25,566 nt of DNA. Source: Chitinivibrionales bacterium. GTDB taxonomy: Bacteria; Fibrobacterota; Chitinivibrionia; Chitinivibrionales; WJKA01. The position numbers and the translations under genes were made by a program. Below the pieces are notes generated by a model. That model made no database searches, was not told the origin of the DNA, and was given only the letters and a program-made list of their open reading frames with translations. The DNA is taken from the NCBI GenBank assembly GCA_038247415.1, contig JBBRUX010000050.1:1-25566 (forward strand), in the 5' to 3' direction. Positions within the stretch are counted from its first letter, which is position 1, and the number at the start of each line of letters is the position of its first letter. Below, in pieces: positions 17,110 to 24,088 of this stretch.

Positions 17110-18054
17110 ATGAAGCCATTATTCTCATTCCTTCTCTTAATTCTCTTTCTGTTTATCACATCAGCCAACGCAAAGCTTTTGTCTGATACACTTTCCCATA
17201 CTTTAAAGGTCTCGGTAAGCGGAGAATATCTTTTTCGGATTGATGGCGGAGGACTCGCAGATGCAATTTACGAAGTAAAGACTCCTCTTTACAAAAGCGA
17301 AGGCCTTCTTACAAAAGCTAATTTTATTAAAGGAACCCTCGATGCAGAAATTTCGCCTGTTACGCTCGGCCTCAGGGCATCGCTTAAAGTGGCTCCTCTT
17401 GCTTTTCTCGTATTAGGAGGTGGGGGTTTTGTTGCAGGTGGTTGGAATGCCGGGCCCTTTGTTGGTATGGGCGTAAATACTGGTGGCCCACGCGCAGGCA
17501 CATCGTTTGACGAAGCTTTAGTGCGAATTTGGGGTGATGCTGCACTTCAGTTCGAAACAGGGGGACTTTTAAAGAATCTACGTGCCAATTTTCAACTGTA
17601 TGCCCAATCTAAAGTAGAATTCCAACAATCGTCTAGTGCCCTATCAGACACCACCGCGTGGATATTCCAGGACGATCGTGGCACCAACATGAATGGATCC
17701 CGCTTATTTCAAACTTATTTTGTAGGGCATAAACTGCCACTTTGCAAAGACGCATCATTAACAAGTGGTATTTTAGCAGAATCGTGGAACCATAGTAGCC
17801 ACAAAAACGATTCTCCTCAATCGGCACCTGGATGGGCTTCCGATTTTATAGATGTAAAGTTTGGACCCGTACTTTCCTACGTCACCAATGCGCGCTGGGC
17901 CATTACCGCAGGATATCAATGGCGCAAAGAACGTGAATACACCGATGGAACCACAGAAGAATCGAGAAATTTGCCCTATTTTAAAAATCGGATTTTTAAA
18001 AAGGCCATAATTATCCCCTATAGAATCTTCGTCTGCCTCGAAAAACAATTGTAA
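17110..18054 (+). CDS. Secreted Gly-rich hypothetical protein (cleavable signal peptide MKPLFSFLLLILFLFITSANA; possible outer-membrane/beta-rich protein)
   Basis: Classical signal peptide with ANA-K cleavage site. Glycine-rich stretch LGGGGFVAGGWNAGPFVGMGVNTGGPRAG. Alternating-polarity beta-like segments. No recognisable enzymatic motif. Confidence 0.6.
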   Translation: MKPLFSFLLLILFLFITSANAKLLSDTLSHTLKVSVSGEYLFRIDGGGLADAIYEVKTPLYKSEGLLTKANFIKGTLDAEISPVTLGLRASLKVAPLAFLVLGGGGFVAGGWNAGPFVGMGVNTGGPRAGTSFDEALVRIWGDAALQFETGGLLKNLRANFQLYAQSKVEFQQSSSALSDTTAWIFQDDRGTNMNGSRLFQTYFVGHKLPLCKDASLTSGILAESWNHSSHKNDSPQSAPGWASDFIDVKFGPVLSYVTNARWAITAGYQWRKEREYTDGTTEESRNLPYFKNRIFKKAIIIPYRIFVCLEKQL

Positions 18055-18093
18055 CGCCAGTACCTTCGCACATTGAAATGATTACTCATTATT

Positions 18094-18810
18094 ATGAATA
18101 TTATCCTTTTCTCAGAATCAGACTACATCACGAGCACTCAAATAAGGCTGTGTGATAGGCGCTTGCACCATATTCAGGGAATTTGCCGTTCAAACGTTGG
18201 AGACACTCTTAAAGTTGGCCTCATTAATGGACTGTTGGGAAAAGCCATTATTACGCGACTCGATGAAACCTGCATAGAGCTTGACGTAGAGCTCACGCAG
18301 GCACCTCCCAAACCCAGCAGTATTACACTCATCATTGGTATGATACGTCCCAAAGCATTTCGAAGAGTGATCGAATGTGCCACAACGCTTGGGATCAAAA
18401 ACATTTACATTACTGGGAGTTCGAGGGTCGAGAAAAGTTTCTGGCAATCTCCAGAAGCGTCCCAAGAAAGCATCATGCGCCATTGCCTTTACGGATGCGA
18501 GCAAGCGGGAGACACCATACTGCCAACAATACACCTTAAGCGAAGATTTAAATTCTTTATTGAAGACGATATCCCAAACCTCATTAAAGACACCCGTGCG
18601 ATCGTTGCACACCCGTATGGAAGCGAATCGTGCCCGTGCAATGTGAACCAACCAATAACTCTTGCGATTGGCCCAGAAGGTGGTTTTATAGAGCGGGAGA
18701 TAGACCTGTTTATAAGCGCGGGGTTTACAGCAGTAACTTGCGGAAGCAGGATATTGCGTACCGAACATGCGTTGCCGGCCGTTGTTGGCCGGCTCGCATC
18801 CTACTCGTAA
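18094..18810 (+). CDS. rsmE: 16S rRNA (uracil1498-N3)-methyltransferase RsmE (SPOUT family)
   Basis: 238 aa. C-terminal LAIGPEGGFIEREIDLF is the RsmE SAM-binding knot signature. N-terminal PUA-like region present. Confidence 0.8.
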   Translation: MNIILFSESDYITSTQIRLCDRRLHHIQGICRSNVGDTLKVGLINGLLGKAIITRLDETCIELDVELTQAPPKPSSITLIIGMIRPKAFRRVIECATTLGIKNIYITGSSRVEKSFWQSPEASQESIMRHCLYGCEQAGDTILPTIHLKRRFKFFIEDDIPNLIKDTRAIVAHPYGSESCPCNVNQPITLAIGPEGGFIEREIDLFISAGFTAVTCGSRILRTEHALPAVVGRLASYS

Positions 18811-18960
18811 TAATCAGGCAATACCTTTAGCATTCATTGCTGTCATGTATTTTTTAAAGAGGTGGAACGATTTGCAAACCATTGACCAGCTCCTTGTGTT
18901 AGTAAGGTGCTGTTGCTATTTTCAGTAGAACTCTCTTACACATCATTCGTGGAGACTTAC

Positions 18961-19968
18961 ATGGCACTATTTTCTGCCCTCAAAGAACAATTCCGTTCTG
19001 TCATTGAATGGAACGACACCGATCCATTGGATCTTGTGCACATCTGGTCTCTTAATGGCGATGAAATTAAAAATGCATCGACACTCATAGTTAACCCAGG
19101 ACAAGGCTGCATTTTTGTTTACAAAGGATCAATTAGGGCAATTATTCAGACTCCAGGATCCTACCCTATTGCTACCGGGAACATTCCTTTTTTAACAACA
19201 CTCTCCCGCATCATGCAAATGTTCGAAAGCGAAATGAAGGTTGGCTTCTATTTTTTTAAGACAACCTGCATTCTCGACCAAAAATGGGGAACCACCTCAC
19301 CTATAAAATATCTCGACCCGGTATATTCATTTCCTGTGGGGTTGCAGGCTTTTGGCAATTGCAGCTACTGCATTAAAGATGTGCGAGCGCTTTTTCTTAC
19401 GGTTATCGGTACTGTCAATATGTTTTCTGTAAACGATATGCGCTCGATTCTTATAGACCGACTTGTGCAACCCATTACTGCATATCTTGCTAAGGCGCGA
19501 TATTCTTATGCAGATATCGATGGTCACCGCTTGGAGATTGCTCAGGCAATTTTTACTGATCTCACCAATGAATTTGCGACCTTAGGGCTCGAGCTATCCG
19601 ACTTTCGCATAGAGGGTACAAATTTCGATGATGCAACCATGAAACGCATTAACCGCATTGCCGATATGAGCGCCGATGTGCAAGCTGCAAAAGAAACGGG
19701 CTTAAGCTATTCCGATGTCCAACGGCTCGAAGCACTGCGTGATGCAGCACGTAACGAAAGTGGTGCAGCGGGCGCTGGGGTTGCTCTGGGTGCTGGTATT
19801 GGCCTTGGCAACACGATGGCCTCCCAAAGCCATCAAGAAAATGCGCATTCGCCAACGGCCGAAGACCCGTCTATTCGGCTACAAAAATTGCAAAATTTAC
19901 ATATCAAGAAGCTTATTACCGATTCCGAATACGAAACAAAACGACAAGAAATTCTCAACTCACTTTAG
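18961..19968 (+). CDS. SPFH/Band-7 family protein (PF13421-like) with a C-terminal SHOCT domain
   Basis: Start at ATG 18961 (MALFSALKEQFRSVIEWNDTDPLDLVHIW...) with GGAGA SD. The N-terminal region matches the conserved opening of PF13421 proteins. The C-terminal RLQKLQNLHIKKLITDSEYETKRQEILNSL is a SHOCT motif, preceded by a Gly/Ala-rich linker. Confidence 0.75.
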   Translation: MALFSALKEQFRSVIEWNDTDPLDLVHIWSLNGDEIKNASTLIVNPGQGCIFVYKGSIRAIIQTPGSYPIATGNIPFLTTLSRIMQMFESEMKVGFYFFKTTCILDQKWGTTSPIKYLDPVYSFPVGLQAFGNCSYCIKDVRALFLTVIGTVNMFSVNDMRSILIDRLVQPITAYLAKARYSYADIDGHRLEIAQAIFTDLTNEFATLGLELSDFRIEGTNFDDATMKRINRIADMSADVQAAKETGLSYSDVQRLEALRDAARNESGAAGAGVALGAGIGLGNTMASQSHQENAHSPTAEDPSIRLQKLQNLHIKKLITDSEYETKRQEILNSL

Positions 19969-19981
19969 ATTGAATCTAACC

Positions 19982-20662
19982 ATGGCCCGCTGTATCAATT
20001 GCTCTGCTCCACTATCGCATAGCACGCCAGTATGCGATTATTGTGGCTCGCATAACGAGGTTGATCTGATCAATACTATTCCATATAGTATTTCTTCAAT
20101 CCATACCAACCGAAAATGCCCTTCTTGCAAAGCATCGCTTCCATCCATCAATATCGGAAAAACAAAATCGCTTTGTATCGAGCAATGTAACACATGCTAC
20201 GGGCTTTTTTTTGATCGTGGTGAACTTGAATCTATACTTGCAGATAGTATCTCCGACGTATTTACAATAGACTTTCTTAAATTACAGGCACTTGCAGAAA
20301 ACAGCACTATCGGATTGGAGCGCATTGTTTATCGGCCTTGTCCGGTTTGCGAGGCCCTCATGACTCGCATTAATTTTGGAACCAAAAGTGGCGTCATTAT
20401 AGATCAATGCAGTGCCCACGGCGTATGGCTTGACGGTGGCGAATTGCGGCGACTCTTAACATGGCGCAAGGCAGGCGGAGAACTTTTGCACGAACAGATT
20501 ATGCGCGAAAAAGAGCAAGCTCGAATAATAGAAATGCAGAAAACACAGAGCGCAAACCCCTTTTCATCAATGCCCTTCGCTGGAGGGGAACTGCGCCATT
20601 CACCTCCCGTTTCCCCCCTGGACATTGCATCACGCATTCTAACGAAGCTACTTGGATTTTAA
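19982..20662 (+). CDS. Tandem TFIIB-type zinc-ribbon protein (zf-TFIIB, PF13453-like, two copies) with a charged/low-complexity C-terminal tail
   Basis: Real start is ATG 19982 (MARCINCSAPLSH...), 13 nt after the SPFH stop. The track ORF from 19715 overlaps the SPFH gene. Copy 1: CPSCKASL...CNTCYGLFFDRGELESIL. Copy 2: CPVCEALM...CSAHGVWLDGGELRRLL. An additional N-terminal CxxC...CxxC ribbon is present. Confidence 0.7.
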   Translation: MARCINCSAPLSHSTPVCDYCGSHNEVDLINTIPYSISSIHTNRKCPSCKASLPSINIGKTKSLCIEQCNTCYGLFFDRGELESILADSISDVFTIDFLKLQALAENSTIGLERIVYRPCPVCEALMTRINFGTKSGVIIDQCSAHGVWLDGGELRRLLTWRKAGGELLHEQIMREKEQARIIEMQKTQSANPFSSMPFAGGELRHSPPVSPLDIASRILTKLLGF

Positions 20663-20664
20663 AA

Positions 20665-21057
20665 GTGAAACGCGCTGCTTATGCAGCTGGACACCCACTT
20701 GTAGTATTCATTGTAATTATTCTTGCCGGCTACTGTGCGAATATCTATAGTCAACCGATACAATCTAAAGGCTATCATTTCTTTATCGATTCTTCATGCA
20801 CACTTTCGGCAACTTCAATTGCACACATTCCTGCTCCAACAATAAACGCCCTTCCCTCGATTCCGTACAATGGCAGCTATGATGTGTATCCGATATGGAT
20901 TTTTATAACACCTCCAATTCTTAATAATTTTGGACCTATATTTCTTAGGTTTACACACGCCTTACTTGATTCTGTAAACGTGTATGCATTTGATTCTGGC
21001 TCGGTACAACTGCACGCCGTATGTGGTTATTTACAAAAAAAATGGGTAACACCGTAA
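20665..21057 (+). CDS. Possible small membrane-anchored hypothetical protein (GTG start 3 nt after the zinc-ribbon gene stop)
   Basis: Open frame VKRAAYAAGHPLVVFIVIILAGYCANIYS... has a hydrophobic N-terminus. It has no ATG and no SD. This is the in-frame downstream part of track ORF 20461..21057. Coding status is uncertain. Confidence 0.3.
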   Translation: MKRAAYAAGHPLVVFIVIILAGYCANIYSQPIQSKGYHFFIDSSCTLSATSIAHIPAPTINALPSIPYNGSYDVYPIWIFITPPILNNFGPIFLRFTHALLDSVNVYAFDSGSVQLHAVCGYLQKKWVTP

Positions 21058-21212
21058 CTGATATTAATCCAGCGTTTATGATACCGCAACACAACACAAT
21101 TCTAGGCTACCTTATTCGCGTGCGCACATCCGATGTTTACGCGCTGACACTCAATGAGTATAGCCTTTCTGCCTACCTTACGCGATTGCCATAGCCATTA
21201 GCGTACTCGTTA

Positions 21213-22106
21213 TTGGCATACTCATTAACGCTCGCGCTCACCGATCGCATTTCTTCCTTAGAGAAAGAGCGATTTGGCGATCGCCTAACCTATTCAATAA
21301 CAAGCTCGGGTCAAACACAGGACATTAAGGCTATTGGGCTTCTCATTCAACCGCTTGCCGAAAACGCCCTTAAATATGGTATTGCCAACGACGAAGAAAT
21401 GGCACGAAGTCGCCTCAAACGCTTGCTTGCTCAAACATTCCCCGAAATCACTATTGTCGGAGAAGCAACCGATGGACTCACTGCGCAAAAAATCATCGAA
21501 GGAGAACACCCTGATATCGTATTTTTAGATATAGAAATGCCCGGATTAAACGGACTGGAAGTTGCGGCATCAATTCCAAAAAAAACATTCATAATTTTTG
21601 TAACTGCTTTTAACCAGTATGCTCTCGATGCCTTTAAAACAATGGCAATCGATTATCTTCTTAAGCCTATCGATTCCGATGATTTACAAAGAGCATTGGC
21701 TAAAATTAATAGTTTATCTGCGCCTCCCGACCTTTCCGTAATGCTTAACCAACTTCTAAACATCTCACGCACAAAAAAGACATCATCTCGATTACTTGTC
21801 AAGGTTGGCGATTCTGTAAAATTTATTCCTTATTCCGAAATACTATGCTTTGAGGCCGACCAGAAATACACAACTGTTTTTACTAAAGCAACAACCTACA
21901 TTTCAGATCTTTCTCTTAAAGATCTGGAAGAAACCTTGCCTTCTGATACATTTCTTCGTATTCACCGCAAACACATCGTTAATATATTGTATATAAGCGA
22001 GTGCAAACGATTAGGCGACAGAAAATTCGAAGTAATCCTAACAGTCCCCATCAACGCAGACCTCATAGTAAGCCGCTATTATCTTGAAGCTCTCCAAAAA
22101 ATATAG
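21213..22106 (+). CDS. LytTR-family response regulator (REC + LytTR DNA-binding domain) carrying an N-terminal ~60-aa fragment of a LytS-like histidine-kinase ATPase domain. Probable deletion-generated chimera; the frame is open from 21195 and the first start-like codon is TTG.
   Basis: Residues ~20-57 (ERFGDRLTYSI...IKAIGLLIQPLAENALKYGI) match the end of the His_kinase domain into the HATPase_c N-box of LytS-type kinases. This runs directly into a receiver domain (ANDEEMARSRLKRLL...DIVFLDIEMPGLNGLEV...LLKP). The LytTR domain follows (LLVKVGDSVKFIPYSEILCFEADQKYTTVF...FLRIHRKHIVN). The only ATG near the N-terminus is at 21399, inside the receiver. Confidence 0.7.
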   Translation: MAYSLTLALTDRISSLEKERFGDRLTYSITSSGQTQDIKAIGLLIQPLAENALKYGIANDEEMARSRLKRLLAQTFPEITIVGEATDGLTAQKIIEGEHPDIVFLDIEMPGLNGLEVAASIPKKTFIIFVTAFNQYALDAFKTMAIDYLLKPIDSDDLQRALAKINSLSAPPDLSVMLNQLLNISRTKKTSSRLLVKVGDSVKFIPYSEILCFEADQKYTTVFTKATTYISDLSLKDLEETLPSDTFLRIHRKHIVNILYISECKRLGDRKFEVILTVPINADLIVSRYYLEALQKI

Positions 22107-22173
22107 CTAAAAAGCTCTAAAACACCGCGTTTTCCTGCATTTCATAAAATAGCCCCGGCAATGTATCGCCTGC

Positions 22174-22250
22174 CATGGGAGTTTATCCCCCATTCCCGAC
22201 ACTTCGTCGGAGGTTTGCAGTAACATCGCTTTTTAGGGGGTATATTTATT
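22174..22250 (+). promoter_or_regulatory. Candidate transcription attenuator / structured leader with mutually exclusive pairings and a U-rich tail
   Basis: CATGGGA (22174-80) can pair with TCCCCAT (22186-93) as one structure. Alternatively CCCCC (22187-91) pairs with GGGGG (22236-40), enclosing hairpin CCGAC-acttc-GTCGG (22196-22210). That second structure is followed by TATATTTATT. The element sits inside a 268-nt untranslated leader. Confidence 0.25.
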
Positions 22251-22374
22251 GCAGACGAGAAACAAAGCACGATAACGTTAATCGCAAACTTGGAGGTGCA
22301 CCGTGTAACTTCGAATCGTTCGATTCACCAAAGGCCTCTTAAACAGAAAATAAATCATCAATAAAGGAACTATA

Positions 22375-23790
22375 ATGCGTACTCTTATAACTTCAGATTG
22401 TATCACTGTTGTCAGTATCATGTCAATTAACGCCGATTGTCCATCAACCAACCCGCTCGATGAACCAGTCTGTTTATCTAAAGTAAATATTGGCGGGCCA
22501 CGCTTAGGGTTTACCGGCATTGTAAACAACGGATCTTTTCGTGATGAACTTCAAAAAAATGGTGTTAATCCATTATATAGTCAGTTTGGATGGCAATTCG
22601 AATTCAAAGTTGTTCCAGAAGGCAATGGGCCATCATTTGTCACCGAAATTATCCCTATGTTTGGAGCAGTAGAATACAGCACCATCATTCCTTCAGTAAC
22701 AATTCCGCTTGGTGTTCGTTTCCCTAATGGTTTTGAATTTAGCCTTGGCCCAAACATCGCCCTTGGTTGGGATAAAGATAAAAACAACCTTACCTCCACA
22801 AGTTCATTAGTATTAGCAGTTGGTAAAACGTTCTCATATCGAGGTGTTGGCATACCTGTCAATCTTACAGTTGCACAAGGAAAAAATAGCCCCTCAATCA
22901 TAACGACCAATATTTCTATTGAATCTGATTCTGCATTCACCGTCGATCAACCCATTTCAATTGAATTGCCTACTTCATTCCAACAAAAATCATTACCGAC
23001 CTATTCCTCGGAAAACATTAAACCCTTAAGCGATACCCTATTTTCATCAAGCATCTCCAAAATTGGTATCTATTATCCTACAGCGGTTGCTTCGTTTTCA
23101 GGTCAGTACATCTACACCCAAACACAACGGGATTTTAGCAAAATACCTGTACTCTTTGTCCATGGATATGGCGGTAGCCCTCGAGAATTTTACTTTTTAT
23201 CTCATTCACTCGATACTGCTCTTTATCAACCCGTTTTCTTCCATTATCCTTCTGGCCAAAGTCTTGAGCAAACTGCAAAAATATTCTATGAATTCATTTT
23301 TTCCGAAAAAATGATCAGCCTTCAAGACCAAAAAATGGTTATTATTGCACACAGTATGGGTGGGCTTATTGCGCGGGAATCCATAAACCTCTATAGTCAA
23401 TCCAACAAACAAACAATCCCTATTGAATTTTTTACACTAAGCACTCCCTACGGAGGCATAAAGTCGGCAGCTAAAAGTCTAAAATATGCTCCTGTAATAG
23501 TTCCAGCATGGAAAGACTTGTCGGTAAATAGCAAATTTATAAAAAGTATCTTGGCATATAATCTTCCGATCAACTGTAATTTCTATCTTTTATTCAGCTA
23601 CAAAAAACAAAAGGCTATTTCTTTAAAATCCAATAGCGATGGGACAATTCCTTTGTCAAGTCATCTTTTTGAACTTGCACAAACAGTTGCTCGTGAAACC
23701 ATTGGCTTTAATGAAACCCATGAGAGCATTCTGCAAAGCTCTAGTGCCTCCTCTAAAATCAATTTGATTCTGCGCACTGTAAACCAATAG
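22375..23790 (+). CDS. Two-domain protein: N-terminal ~250-aa beta-rich domain of unknown function plus C-terminal alpha/beta-hydrolase lipase/esterase domain (class-2 lipase / DUF676-like)
   Basis: AGGA SD before the ATG. Oxyanion-hole motif VLFVHGYGGSP. Nucleophile elbow IIAHSMGGLIARE. Downstream SDGTIPLSSH gives candidate Asp/His for a Ser-Asp-His triad. The N-terminus MRTLITSDCITVVSIMSINA is at best an atypical signal peptide. Confidence 0.65.
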   Translation: MRTLITSDCITVVSIMSINADCPSTNPLDEPVCLSKVNIGGPRLGFTGIVNNGSFRDELQKNGVNPLYSQFGWQFEFKVVPEGNGPSFVTEIIPMFGAVEYSTIIPSVTIPLGVRFPNGFEFSLGPNIALGWDKDKNNLTSTSSLVLAVGKTFSYRGVGIPVNLTVAQGKNSPSIITTNISIESDSAFTVDQPISIELPTSFQQKSLPTYSSENIKPLSDTLFSSSISKIGIYYPTAVASFSGQYIYTQTQRDFSKIPVLFVHGYGGSPREFYFLSHSLDTALYQPVFFHYPSGQSLEQTAKIFYEFIFSEKMISLQDQKMVIIAHSMGGLIARESINLYSQSNKQTIPIEFFTLSTPYGGIKSAAKSLKYAPVIVPAWKDLSVNSKFIKSILAYNLPINCNFYLLFSYKKQKAISLKSNSDGTIPLSSHLFELAQTVARETIGFNETHESILQSSSASSKINLILRTVNQ

Positions 23791-24088
23791 TATACGGTAT
23801 TTATGATAAGATTCTGGGCGTTCCAGCTTCGCTGTCGCCCCTTCTTACGGGCTCTGGCTTTGCCAGCCGGTCTTTCATGCCATGCGGCACTTCGTGCCTG
23901 AGGCGGTTAAGGCACTGCAAGAGACCATCATTCAGCAAAAAGCCGAAAACTTGGAATTTAAAAAAATGTCGAAAATCTTGTGCGGCGTGTAGAAAGAATT
24001 GAAGGACAGAAAAAAAAATGTAACTCATGTCAATTTTAGTTGCAAAAACATATCTAATATAGTATATTTTAGTTTTACCAACTAAACT

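Noticed and set aside
18828-18856. Terminator after rsmE
   Set aside because: It is only a 5-bp stem (GCAAT/ATTGC). The T-run is separated from the stem by 7 nt, which is too weak to call.
19715-19981. Upstream extension of the zinc-ribbon ORF (track start 19715)
   Set aside because: It overlaps the last 250 nt of the SPFH/SHOCT gene in another frame. Homology begins exactly at the ATG at 19982, 13 nt after the SPFH stop.
20461-20664. Upstream part of track ORF 20461..21057
   Set aside because: It overlaps the zinc-ribbon gene out of frame and translates to Arg-rich nonsense. Only the part after the GTG at 20665 is retained as a low-confidence CDS.
23801-24028. 75-aa minus-strand ORF in the GC-rich gap
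   Set aside because: It is antisense to the more protein-like forward frame of the same GC-rich block. It has no SD and a Phe/His-rich low-complexity translation. I treat the block as a remnant or RNA rather than this CDS.
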